Shown: positions 26,885-35,677 of the stretch, in pieces
How positions within the stretch are numbered: position 1 is the stretch's first letter
Layout: each line of letters starts with the position of its first letter
Sequence record: OP114734.1
Strand: one strand, 5' to 3'
DNA: 64,000 nt
Source: Escherichia phage vB_ESM-pEJ01
Notes under the pieces: generated by a model
The model's input: only the letters and a program-made list of their open reading frames with translations
The model's database searches: none
What the model was told of the DNA's origin: nothing
Position numbers and translations under genes: made by a program

Positions 26885-27187
26885 TTACGCAAAATGGCGT
26901 GTCAATGCTTCTTTTGCTGTTCCGCTAAGATTCTCGATCTCTCCTGGCATAACATCAACCGCCAGAACTTCTACAACATCCTCTGATCCTAACCAGTGAG
27001 TATGACCTTTGTAGAACTTGATATCCCATTTATCGCTATCGCTAGCCCACCACACATCACCGTCTATAAAGTTGATGTAAAGCACACTACGACACATTGA
27101 ATTAGTTACTTTCAATACTGCGCCTTTCATCTCTTCCACGGTATGGTCTTCCATTTTGAAGACCTCGCCTACCTTAACTTTTGCCAT
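26885..27187 (-). CDS. HxHW-family small protein, member 6 (100 aa)
   Basis: ATG at MAKVKVG; motif GHTHW...VLAVDV. Confidence 0.55.
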   Translation of the reverse strand: MAKVKVGEVFKMEDHTVEEMKGAVLKVTNSMCRSVLYINFIDGDVWWASDSDKWDIKFYKGHTHWLGSEDVVEVLAVDVMPGEIENLSGTAKEALTRHFA

Positions 27188-27188
27188 G

Positions 27189-27455
27189 TTACATGCTCCG
27201 AATATGTTTAGATGCATCTTCCAGTTCGTCGATAGTGACACTGTGAGCCAGTAAGTGTACTGGTTGTGGTTCTTCACCTTCCATAGTATTGATCAGATGA
27301 CCGTTTCCTGGGTGGAATGTATCGTTGCCGTTCCAAATAGCATACACATCATCTTCTGTTACGTAGATAATAAGTCCAATCGGTGATTCTGGTAATTGAA
27401 AAATTTTACCCACTGCATCTTTGCGATTGTTTACGATATCTTTTACTGTCTTCAT
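27189..27455 (-). CDS. Small early protein (88 aa), possible divergent HxHW-family member
   Basis: FHPGNGHLIN...VHLLAHSV in the equivalent position; GAGAGG ribosome-binding site. Confidence 0.45.
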   Translation of the reverse strand: MKTVKDIVNNRKDAVGKIFQLPESPIGLIIYVTEDDVYAIWNGNDTFHPGNGHLINTMEGEEPQPVHLLAHSVTIDELEDASKHIRSM

Positions 27456-27474
27456 TTAGTTACCTCTCGTTAAA

Positions 27475-27654
27475 TTACATCACAATCACGCCAGCCGTTG
27501 AAAGTTGATGTTTCAACTGAGCATTTTCTGCTACTGTCAAATCAATGATTTCTTGTGACGCTGCAATCATATAGCCATTGGTGATATTGTTTTGCATCAG
27601 TTCAATGGTCTCTTCGTTGTAGCGGATTTTAGCGATGATTTCGTTGAAGTTCAT
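27475..27654 (-). CDS. Hypothetical small early protein (59 aa)
   Basis: ATG after AGGAGAATCAATT leader; MNFNEIIAKIRYNEETIELMQ... Confidence 0.45.
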   Translation of the reverse strand: MNFNEIIAKIRYNEETIELMQNNITNGYMIAASQEIIDLTVAENAQLKHQLSTAGVIVM

Positions 27655-27688
27655 AATTGATTCTCCTAGTTCTTTTCGGTATGTGTGT

Positions 27689-27718
27689 AGTATAGGGGAG
27701 TTTAACCTCCCCTGTCAA
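27689..27718 (-). promoter_or_regulatory. Early promoter (TTGACA-N18-TATACT) with GGGGAG/CTCCCC palindrome
   Basis: Plus strand reads AGTATAGGGGAGTTTAACCTCCCCTGTCAA. Confidence 0.55.
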
Positions 27719-27726
27719 CAACTTTT

Positions 27727-28038
27727 TTAAAGTTTTTCCATGATAACGGTCATAATTACATCTTCTGCGCGAGCGGTCAGATTATCGGCGTCAGCATGTG
27801 GGCGGTTGGTTGTTACAGAGATAACACCGTTGCGCACTGGTTTAATATTGATATCAAGATGGTCCGCGAAACGTTCGCCAGTTACAGAATGAATTTTGGT
27901 GTTAAATTCTTTTGCCAGTGCCTTGCGAACTTCACGAATCAGGGTAGCGTTTTTCAGTTGGTTCTCCGCGCTCATGGTCTTCTGGGTGTTCATGGTTCCG
28001 TCGAAGTCAATCATTGGCAGCGTTACGATGTATTTCAT
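27727..28038 (-). CDS. Hypothetical small early protein (103 aa), paralogue of 24154..24441
   Basis: Shared AKEFN segment. Confidence 0.5.
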   Translation of the reverse strand: MKYIVTLPMIDFDGTMNTQKTMSAENQLKNATLIREVRKALAKEFNTKIHSVTGERFADHLDINIKPVRNGVISVTTNRPHADADNLTARAEDVIMTVIMEKL

Positions 28039-28083
28039 TTTTGATTCTCCGTTTAAGAAAGTATGTTTCGTTTTGATGTGTGT

Positions 28084-28112
28084 AGTATAGGGGATATGTG
28101 ATCCCCTGTCAA
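28084..28112 (-). promoter_or_regulatory. Early promoter (TTGACA-N17-TATACT) with GGGGAT/ATCCCC palindrome
   Basis: Plus strand reads AGTATAGGGGATATGTGATCCCCTGTCAA. Confidence 0.55.
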
Positions 28113-28125
28113 CAACTTTTTTGAA

Positions 28126-28602
28126 TTATTTTTCTTGATGCTCGCGCTCGTACTTTTCGAAATAAAATTCTACTGGCTGGTCATGAATTGACAGCAAGCC
28201 AAAGCGTTTAGCCGCTCGCAATCCCATATTGCGCTGAATGTACTTCTGGAAGTTCTCGCGTATACACTTACGCCAGTATTCTAAGCCCATACAGCTTTTA
28301 TAAAGATTGCATTGCACACACGCCGGATTCATGTTATCAAGTATATCATGTTCCGGTTTATGCATTCCTACAACCTTATACTTCCACGATCCATCATCAT
28401 TACGGGCAATTCGTCCATTTTCATCATAGACTACCTTTGAGCGTCGCAATACTGGTTTGATGTGGTCTGCGTGCCAGCGATCCCCTAGTTCCTCGCCACA
28501 ATAGGCACAACGTCCACCGTATTTCATTTTCAGGATCTGGCGTTGCTCTTTCTTTGACAATTTTTTAGGTTTAGGGGCTTTCGCCCCTTCATTATCACAC
28601 AT
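28126..28602 (-). CDS. HNH endonuclease (158 aa)
   Basis: CAYCGEELGDRWHADHIKPV...CVQCN zinc-HNH motif. Confidence 0.7.
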   Translation of the reverse strand: MCDNEGAKAPKPKKLSKKEQRQILKMKYGGRCAYCGEELGDRWHADHIKPVLRRSKVVYDENGRIARNDDGSWKYKVVGMHKPEHDILDNMNPACVQCNLYKSCMGLEYWRKCIRENFQKYIQRNMGLRAAKRFGLLSIHDQPVEFYFEKYEREHQEK

Positions 28603-30097
28603 CGAATACCTCTTTTACTGTATTTGCAGTGGTCTTGTCGTAGCGAATACGTTTGATGATTGGGAGAAATAAAGAGAACTCCGGTTCATCTTCTTTACGT
28701 GATTTGCTGCGGATATACCCGTTGCATGTCATCTCAATGACTTTTCCGATCAGGTTATGCCGATCAGCCCATAACATTTCTCGGTCAAGTTCATTTCGAC
28801 GATCGAACGGAATTACACGTTCAATACCATCATCACATTTTTCGGTTGTAGTGTCGGTTAATCCCGATCCGGTGTTAGTCATCATTCGTCCGCACGCACT
28901 ACGGACAGTAAAACCGCCTACCTTATTAGGATCTTTACTATGCGGATATACATCAACAATTTCAGCGTCGAAGTCAATCACTTCTTTAAATTTAACCTGG
29001 TCTTTACTACGGCGATCTTCAAATACACCATGTAAATTTTTAAGGATAATACCTTCTAAGCCCATGTTTACATAGCGATGATATACTTCGCGAGCTTCAT
29101 CGATATTGTTAACTACAGTGTTTTCGATTATCTGAACACGAGGATCGTTAAGTTCTTCAACAATCTGTTTTAGTTCTTCGAATCGATCTTTATATTGCTT
29201 AGTTGCTTTCTCGTTTCCGTAATACACATCACGGTCGATAACATCCCAGACAGTATAAACAATACATTGGGCTTCTTCTTTTGGAATAGTTCCTTTAAGT
29301 GATTTGTTGAGGATACCATTTCCGGTCTGACGATCTGCAACAACGGATTCTTTCACTGCTTCCGCTACTGGCGTTAATGGCATTTCCTCTTCTTCAAATA
29401 TCCATGACAGAGTACCATCATAAACGCTTTCAACGAAGTTCTGCGCTGGTGTTTGCGAAAGGGTAGGCATATATACCAATTCGCCATCTAGAACAATTCC
29501 ACGGCCTCGTAGACGCTCTAAAACCGCAAACAAATCATCAAGTCCCTGATAGGTATTACCTGAACGGGTATAGATTGCTAATGTTTCCCCGTCAATATCA
29601 GCCATACCACGAGCGCCATCGCTTTTAAGTTGTGCATACGCCGGATACTTGATATTAGCAATAGTCTTATCAGAACATGACGATGCAAGGTGGCACGGCT
29701 GCTGGGGGATCAGTTTCTTCCATACCTTGTTTGCAGTGGTAGCGGAACAACCGCATTCCAGATCACGATTCAGGACCATCATTGCAACTTTAGCATCATC
29801 TTCTGACAAGCAAGTCAGAGTATCGGTAACTAGCTGTAATGCTGCGTTACCAGTTACTTGACGCGTGGCAAGTTTATTTTTAAAGACCTGTAATGCACCG
29901 GATAAAGACAATACAGACGAATAACGCGATGGTTTATCGTATTTCTTTACGCCAAACGTAACCTGTTTGCAATATGCCAGATAAAAGCATTCTTTCAGAG
30001 TTTCATTGCTTGCGGATTCTTTCAGGATCTTTTCTTTCAGCGATGTTTTGTCGGTCGCTGCAAGCTGGTTAATGATATTAAGAATTGACATTTTCAC
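28595..30097 (-). CDS. 30: ATP-dependent DNA ligase gp30
   Basis: KxDG adenylation motif (AQLKSDGARG); aligns with T4 ligase over its length. Confidence 0.92.
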   Translation of the reverse strand: MKMSILNIINQLAATDKTSLKEKILKESASNETLKECFYLAYCKQVTFGVKKYDKPSRYSSVLSLSGALQVFKNKLATRQVTGNAALQLVTDTLTCLSEDDAKVAMMVLNRDLECGCSATTANKVWKKLIPQQPCHLASSCSDKTIANIKYPAYAQLKSDGARGMADIDGETLAIYTRSGNTYQGLDDLFAVLERLRGRGIVLDGELVYMPTLSQTPAQNFVESVYDGTLSWIFEEEEMPLTPVAEAVKESVVADRQTGNGILNKSLKGTIPKEEAQCIVYTVWDVIDRDVYYGNEKATKQYKDRFEELKQIVEELNDPRVQIIENTVVNNIDEAREVYHRYVNMGLEGIILKNLHGVFEDRRSKDQVKFKEVIDFDAEIVDVYPHSKDPNKVGGFTVRSACGRMMTNTGSGLTDTTTEKCDDGIERVIPFDRRNELDREMLWADRHNLIGKVIEMTCNGYIRSKSRKEDEPEFSLFLPIIKRIRYDKTTANTVKEVFDV

Positions 30098-30557
30098 CTC
30101 GTTTTGTTAAACGTTCACGAATATCATTGAGGATACTACAAAATTCCGATTCAGTCAATATAGTCTTTAACGGATCAGTTCCACCTATGCTATGACGTAA
30201 TTTCTTATTTCCGGTAGCGAGTAATGCTTTACAAAATTCTGGGTTATTCCGTGCCATCGTAACAAATGCCAGATGTACCAGTCTGTAATAATGCTCACTC
30301 ATTCGATGAATCTGGCGACCCTGAAAATATAACAGGTGATTCTCAATCTTTTCAGTTCTTCCGGTTCTTTTTGCTTTGCCACCGTGCATCAAAAAGATTT
30401 CTCTTTGTCTCTGGGGGTTCTTAAATCTTAGCCCCTGTAAAAATCCTTCTGTGCTGTTAATATCGCAACCAAATAAACGGAATGGTCTTTTATTGAAATT
30501 ACTCAATTCACCCGATGGATAAGGTCCACCCGCATAGATATCAATTTCAGAAGTCAT
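30078..30557 (-). CDS. NADAR (YbiA/DUF1768)-like protein
   Basis: N-terminal GPYPSGELSNFNKRPFRLFGCDINSTEGFLQGLRF resembles the NADAR signature. Confidence 0.5.
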   Translation of the reverse strand: MTSEIDIYAGGPYPSGELSNFNKRPFRLFGCDINSTEGFLQGLRFKNPQRQREIFLMHGGKAKRTGRTEKIENHLLYFQGRQIHRMSEHYYRLVHLAFVTMARNNPEFCKALLATGNKKLRHSIGGTDPLKTILTESEFCSILNDIRERLTKRGENVNS

Positions 30558-30711
30558 TGAAACTAATCTCGCTAATTAGAGAGAACGGATCATAATCGTC
30601 ATTAGGAATATCGATAGTAATCGAATGAGGATTTACCCATACACCAAACTGGCCTTCTTCGGTGAATACTTCGGTATGGATTTCGTGGATGTTTACATTC
30701 ATAGTTTTCAT
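30547..30711 (-). CDS. Hypothetical small protein (54 aa)
   Basis: ATG start; stop overlaps the NADAR-like gene start; below the ORF-track cutoff. Confidence 0.35.
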   Translation of the reverse strand: MKTMNVNIHEIHTEVFTEEGQFGVWVNPHSITIDIPNDDYDPFSLISEISFNDF

Positions 30712-30794
30712 AATAAAATTTCCTTAATAATCAATAACTTACAAAATCATATAGCCAAAATATAGGCGGGATTATTTCCCGCCGTTTAAAATCA

Positions 30795-31118
30795 TTAACC
30801 GTAAACTACCACAATATTCTGTTTGTGTGTTACAGTCCATTTCAGGTCGATCTCTTCTTCCTTCTTAACGCCGTTAATAACGTCTGGATGAGGAACTTTA
30901 TTAAGTTTCCCATGAGGAAGCAATACAGTCTTGCCCAGCAATTCTTTATCAACGTTATCACCGATATCAATAATTTTACCGACTAAAGGAATCTCTCCCA
31001 TAGTTCTTTTTTGCTCGATGATAATACCAAAATCGCTCTTTACTTCTGTCCCTGCGCTTTCCGCTTTAGCTTCAATGATCACATAGTCACCAAGTGCTTT
31101 AGGAGTTTTAACGGTCAT
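30795..31118 (-). CDS. 31: Co-chaperonin gp31 (GroES-like)
   Basis: 107 aa; GroES-like pattern (GDYVIIEA, mobile-loop Gly, NVPHPDV); synteny with 30 and cd. Confidence 0.8.
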   Translation of the reverse strand: MTVKTPKALGDYVIIEAKAESAGTEVKSDFGIIIEQKRTMGEIPLVGKIIDIGDNVDKELLGKTVLLPHGKLNKVPHPDVINGVKKEEEIDLKWTVTHKQNIVVVYG

Positions 31119-31154
31119 AATTTTCTTACCTCTTCAATTCATCTCAATAGTAAA

Positions 31155-31772
31155 TTATTTATATTTCGCGACCTTTGGATTTCGCCGCAGACCGGAATGT
31201 ATTTGCGCTATACAACAATAAGAAACATTAAACATATCAGCTATAATTTGCTTCTTAACTTTTCCTTTAAGCCGCATTATTTCTTCGACTTGCGCATTTG
31301 TCAGTTTTGCCCGTGAGTGGTTTTCACCGACATTGTTATTGAGTCCAGTTCTAAATGAATGTCTCATATTTTCTAGTAAGGTTACTATTTCTAGATTCCA
31401 CACATAATTGCAGGTTTTTACACCATTGATGTGATTAACCTCAAGTCCGGTAACGTCTCCTAGAAATGCATTTGCTACAAGTCGATGTATCTTTTCGGCT
31501 TTAACTGAGATTTTACCATTGTCGTTTTGTTTTGACAATGTTGAATAATAATATCCATATCGGTCTAAAATTGGTTTTATTATTTTACCAGCACGTTTTT
31601 GTTTTACGAGCTTAATATTACCGGGAGAAACTTCTCTATAAAATTCGATACTTCGGTCAATAGATCTCAACCTACCATAATTAGAGATTTCATACCACGG
31701 ATAACCTACAGCTTGTCTCCATTCTTCCGGTGCTGGTAATATGATATTATCATCTTTTGTTTCCATTGTCAA
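31155..31772 (-). mobile_element. Homing endonuclease gene (NUMOD4 plus HNH, 205 aa)
   Basis: WYEISNYGRLRS (NUMOD4) and HINGVKTCNYVWNLE (HNH); inserted between 31 and cd-side genes. Confidence 0.7.
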
Positions 31773-32101
31773 CTGCCACCGTGAATTTCGACGATCTGCG
31801 CTGGAGTCAGCCCGTCCACATTAATCAGACTATCAAGCCCAAAACTACGGAAACCTTCAACTGCAATTTCATATACTGGCAAAGATGTTTCTGATTCTTT
31901 ACGCGGTTTTTCAACATTCGGAACTAACCACTTTTCGTATGTTTCGAAAGGCATCAGTGCCGGATCTCGCGTGGCGATCATATCTCGGACAGTACCATCT
32001 TTCTTAGTAAACTGCAAAGAGTGAGTACCGACCGAAAACATTTTCTTTAGTGCTTCACGAGGTGCGATATTATCAATTTGTTCAGTCATTATCAATACCA
32101 T
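31769..32101 (-). CDS. Hypothetical protein (110 aa); start uncertain
   Basis: ORF overlapping cd stop; two candidate ATGs (32101, 32089). Confidence 0.5.
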   Translation of the reverse strand: MVLIMTEQIDNIAPREALKKMFSVGTHSLQFTKKDGTVRDMIATRDPALMPFETYEKWLVPNVEKPRKESETSLPVYEIAVEGFRSFGLDSLINVDGLTPAQIVEIHGGS

Positions 32102-32588
32102 TCAAATCTGTCAATAATGCTTTTGGAATACGCGTGATCGTAATATCTGCATTATTCAGAATATCAGCCCAATCACGCCCACCATTTCGATCATATGTGT
32201 CGCAATAGTATAGATGTTTAATTCCACTGTTTGCAATTGCTTTAGCGCAATCTGGACACGGTGAAGCAGTACACCACATACTAGCGCCTTCAATCGATAC
32301 ACCGCTACGGGCAGCAAACAAAATAGCATTTAATTCAGCATGGATTTCGTTTTTCTGTGACCATGCACTATGCTCTGGTCGTTTTTCTGGGATCATTTTG
32401 CCGTCATCATCCAGCCAACCGCTTTTATGTGCATGACAGCTACAATTTACTTGCCCTGCTGGAGTTCCGTTAAATCCAGTAGAAATGATTCGCCCGTCTT
32501 TTTCGATCAGTGCTCCTACCTTCCACGAAACACATTTAGAGTTCTTTGCGATCAGATAGGCGATCTGCATGTAAGTTTGTGACAACAT
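32082..32588 (-). CDS. cd: dCMP deaminase
   Basis: HAELNAI and SPCPDCAKAI zinc-binding motifs; aligns with T4 Cd. Confidence 0.92.
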   Translation of the reverse strand: MLSQTYMQIAYLIAKNSKCVSWKVGALIEKDGRIISTGFNGTPAGQVNCSCHAHKSGWLDDDGKMIPEKRPEHSAWSQKNEIHAELNAILFAARSGVSIEGASMWCTASPCPDCAKAIANSGIKHLYYCDTYDRNGGRDWADILNNADITITRIPKALLTDLNGIDND

Positions 32589-32609
32589 AATATAATCCTC
32601 ACATATTAA

Positions 32610-32813
32610 TTAACCGTATACGCGAAAGTATTCTACTGATCCGTCGCTATACTGTTTTACATTGAATGTATTCACACCATGATTATTTCTCATGATGACA
32701 TATACACTGCGACGTTCATCGCTAAACGGCATAACTGGCGCTGGTTCAATATCAACACTAAAACCACGTTTAGCAAGTGCTTCGCCTAATTGCTTGATTT
32801 TATCGGTAAACAT
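32610..32813 (-). CDS. Hypothetical small protein (67 aa)
   Basis: ORF between pseT and cd. Confidence 0.5.
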   Translation of the reverse strand: MFTDKIKQLGEALAKRGFSVDIEPAPVMPFSDERRSVYVIMRNNHGVNTFNVKQYSDGSVEYFRVYG

Positions 32814-33691
32814 TAAAAGTCTCCGTAGTTAACCTGAAAACATTCTACACCAATTGAGCGGTACATGTCAACCACTTGATCACGGTCATCTACCGCCAAA
32901 ACAACATGATAACGCGGTGCAATTTCAGAGAAGAAAATCTCTTTCTTCACTTCATGATCAGGACGACGATCATTAGTTTCACGTTGAAAGTGATCACTCG
33001 GTTCAATACCCTGTTCACGCAACCATTGCAGAGTATCTTCTTCGCAAACATCCTCACGCCCTGAGCATGTAATGATACGATAACCATTATCACGATACAG
33101 TTTAAGCATTTCGATCACTTGCGGACGCGGTTTATCTTCTTTGACCTTTGTCCAGTCAAACGGATGACGACCGCCCTTATCCGCTAATGTTCCATCAATA
33201 TCAAAGATCACTGCCTTCGGCAGCATGGTATTCGGTTTGTATACTTCTTGACCCATATATTCCTGGGTCAGATAAAATTGGTTACGCAAATGAGAAAGTG
33301 GAATTGCTTTCTCGCCTCGATAGAAATTACGTTTCTTTAGTGTCTCAAATGATTCATTGAACACTTGTTCAGTATACACCGCGTTAAATTCTTTTGCAAG
33401 TTCTTTGTAGAATACACGATGTTTTTCTTTCAGGTTAGTATCAGAGATAATGATACTTAATCCGCGTGATAGAGTCTCACGAGCAATCATTCTCTGAATA
33501 GACTCTACCAGTTTTTCTTTTTCCTTAGTATACTTGTATTTCAAATGTGAGTCAACACCAAACAACATAAGACGAAGATCATCGCGATTCACATTACGAT
33601 AATTACTAAACCGTTTACACGTTTCCATAGCCCATGTAGTTTTACCGGACCCAGAACAACCAACGGTTAAAATCACTTCACATTTCGGCAT
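32813..33691 (-). CDS. pseT: Polynucleotide 5'-kinase / 3'-phosphatase
   Basis: Walker A GCSGSGKT (kinase) and DIDGTL (HAD phosphatase); ATG chosen at MPKCEVIL. Confidence 0.9.
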   Translation of the reverse strand: MPKCEVILTVGCSGSGKTTWAMETCKRFSNYRNVNRDDLRLMLFGVDSHLKYKYTKEKEKLVESIQRMIARETLSRGLSIIISDTNLKEKHRVFYKELAKEFNAVYTEQVFNESFETLKKRNFYRGEKAIPLSHLRNQFYLTQEYMGQEVYKPNTMLPKAVIFDIDGTLADKGGRHPFDWTKVKEDKPRPQVIEMLKLYRDNGYRIITCSGREDVCEEDTLQWLREQGIEPSDHFQRETNDRRPDHEVKKEIFFSEIAPRYHVVLAVDDRDQVVDMYRSIGVECFQVNYGDF

Positions 33692-34143
33692 TATTTCTCC
33701 TTCGGTTTGCACCGTTCCTCATTAAGTTCTTTTCGATAATAACACATGATCAACTTACTTTCAAGTGTATATCTCTTAATATCCGCAAGCCAGACTCTAA
33801 ATTTTTGGGAGTCCTCCCACGACATAGAAACTCTAGGTTTACCGTCTATTGTATCCACTTTCAGGTCAATGTCAACTTTTTCTATTGGTGCTGGTAGTGA
33901 AGGATGTAATTTCGGTTCCTGTGAATAATGGTCCAGTGTACACGAAGAAAGCGCAAATACAATAGGCACAGCGAATACATGGATTATGGCGGTCTGAAAA
34001 TTCTTATGTGCTTTCTTAAACATCCAGTGTATCGCAAAAATTGAAAACACCATCAGGATAATAATGCTTGCACCTATCCCCAGATAATCAACCAGATTAA
34101 AATTGCTTATCTGCTCTTGCGTAGGCAATATTTCTATGCTCAT
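33691..34143 (-). CDS. Membrane protein; candidate o-spanin lipoprotein if translated from internal Met (about 34023)
   Basis: Hydrophobic N-terminus, then MFKKAHKNFQTAIIHVFAVPIVFALSSC (lipobox L-S-S-C); adjacent to pseT where T4 has pseT.2/pseT.3. Confidence 0.4.
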   Translation of the reverse strand: MSIEILPTQEQISNFNLVDYLGIGASIIILMVFSIFAIHWMFKKAHKNFQTAIIHVFAVPIVFALSSCTLDHYSQEPKLHPSLPAPIEKVDIDLKVDTIDGKPRVSMSWEDSQKFRVWLADIKRYTLESKLIMCYYRKELNEERCKPKEK

Positions 34144-34463
34144 TTAGTAGCCTCCTTTAATTCTTCGGTAAACTCCTTAAATGAGTCATTAAGCTGTTTC
34201 TCTACCAACTTGGGTTTTTGTGCTACTACATAGCCTCGTGTAGCGTCTTTCATTGCTTTGTTTTGTTCTTCTGCAAACTTAGTTCTTATTCCGTACATCT
34301 CCTTTTGTAGTGAGTCTACGACCTTCATCTTCTCATCTGTCTTTTTCTTATACTCTGTAAATTCCTGATTCAGTCGATCTACCTCCTTTTTATTTTCCCA
34401 CCACATATTTCCACCTACCCCCAGCAACACAGAGATGATAACAATGTATACCAGCTTTGACAT
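34140..34463 (-). CDS. Candidate i-spanin (N-terminal TM helix plus coiled coil, 107 aa)
   Basis: ATG at MSKLVYIVIISVLLGVGG; charged helical periplasmic part; precedes lipoprotein ORF. Confidence 0.4.
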   Translation of the reverse strand: MSKLVYIVIISVLLGVGGNMWWENKKEVDRLNQEFTEYKKKTDEKMKVVDSLQKEMYGIRTKFAEEQNKAMKDATRGYVVAQKPKLVEKQLNDSFKEFTEELKEATK

Positions 34464-34483
34464 ATTACCCCCAACGACAAAAG

Positions 34484-34501
34484 GCGGGGAACTAGCCCCG
34501 C
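34484..34501 (-). terminator. GC hairpin after rnlA (terminator-like)
   Basis: Stem GCGGGG/CCCCGC flanked by A/T runs. Confidence 0.45.
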
Positions 34502-34507
34502 TTATTA

Positions 34508-35677
34508 TTACCAATCAATCTTATCAGCCGGAATCAGTTTCTTATAATTCCGTAGATAGTAAGTTTTCATTGAATCCAGAATACGGTCATAATCAAGACC
34601 ATCAAATGCAATCATCAGACACATGAAAATATATGCTTGTGCATCACCATGTTTACGTGATTCGATAGTCGCATTTGATGCATATGTCTTTCTGTCTTCT
34701 CCCGCGTGTGCGTTATAAAATTCTGTTGCTGTCGTGAAGGCATTGCGAAGAATAGACCTGAATGCTTCCTCGAATAACTCGATTCGTTCCAGTGCTTCTG
34801 GTTCGCCTTCATATGCAGCACGCAAATCATCGGTTTCGCTTTCTACGACATAGTAGATCAGGTTATTAGGAAACATCGATGTGTTTTTAATGTTATGCAC
34901 ACCAATATACCATTCACTCTTCACCTTGAACAGTTGACCGTCTTTAGTGCGTGCAACAATTCCTTCGATACCTTCTGCGGTCCGAACTTCATCAAGAATA
35001 TTGCTAAAACGCGCTGAATCAACCTGTAGCGCATTTACCAGATGAGGACGTAGGATTGCGTCAGCAAATAGCATTTGATGCGGTACGTACTCTCCTGTGA
35101 CGTTATGGCGTACATTCAGAAGTGTTAGCGACGGTTCAGAATATTCTACAACAATTCGGTTGCTGGGTGCTGTATATTCAAAGTTGAAAGTATAATCAGA
35201 CCCAATATCAGCAATCTTAGCGCGTAGATCCGCATACTTCTCTGAATACAGAAGACCGTTTGCTCTCTCTGCCTGGCTTGAGTACAAGGCCGCTTTAGAC
35301 TTCAACTGAACATAGCCGGTATCAATGTATGTGCTTACTAGACTACCGTCCATTTTGTCCATGACCATTTCCACATCTTCCGGCTTAAAGCGAGCGCGAT
35401 CATTCTCACCCAAATTAAAAAACTTCTCCATAGGACGAGATGCAATGCGGACCGGACGACCTTTATCGTCAATTTCAAACATGATCCCGCGACACTCTAA
35501 CGCATCTGGTTTATTCCACATTTCAGGTTTGCTCAAGTACAGATAGCTAAAAATGCGCATACGGGTTTGCATCGCCGTAATTTCATCTTTGTAGTAGAAC
35601 GTATCAGATCCGTCACATAGTGCCATCAGATTTTTGAACAATACTAAAACTTTTTTGTTGTTTTCTTTTGTTGACAT
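34508..35677 (-). CDS. rnlA: RNA ligase 1
   Basis: KMDGSL (KxDG) and ALECRGIMFE...RIASRPMEKFFNL align with T4 Rnl1. Confidence 0.9.
   Translation of the reverse strand: MSTKENNKKVLVLFKNLMALCDGSDTFYYKDEITAMQTRMRIFSYLYLSKPEMWNKPDALECRGIMFEIDDKGRPVRIASRPMEKFFNLGENDRARFKPEDVEMVMDKMDGSLVSTYIDTGYVQLKSKAALYSSQAERANGLLYSEKYADLRAKIADIGSDYTFNFEYTAPSNRIVVEYSEPSLTLLNVRHNVTGEYVPHQMLFADAILRPHLVNALQVDSARFSNILDEVRTAEGIEGIVARTKDGQLFKVKSEWYIGVHNIKNTSMFPNNLIYYVVESETDDLRAAYEGEPEALERIELFEEAFRSILRNAFTTATEFYNAHAGEDRKTYASNATIESRKHGDAQAYIFMCLMIAFDGLDYDRILDSMKTYYLRNYKKLIPADKIDW

Noticed and set aside
20871-28112. Regularly recurring CTGTCAACAACTTTTT motifs that could be mistaken for a CRISPR array
   Set aside because: Spacing is irregular (200-400 bp), each copy sits just upstream of a protein-coding ORF, and the motif matches a -35 region plus A-tract, so these are promoters rather than CRISPR repeats.
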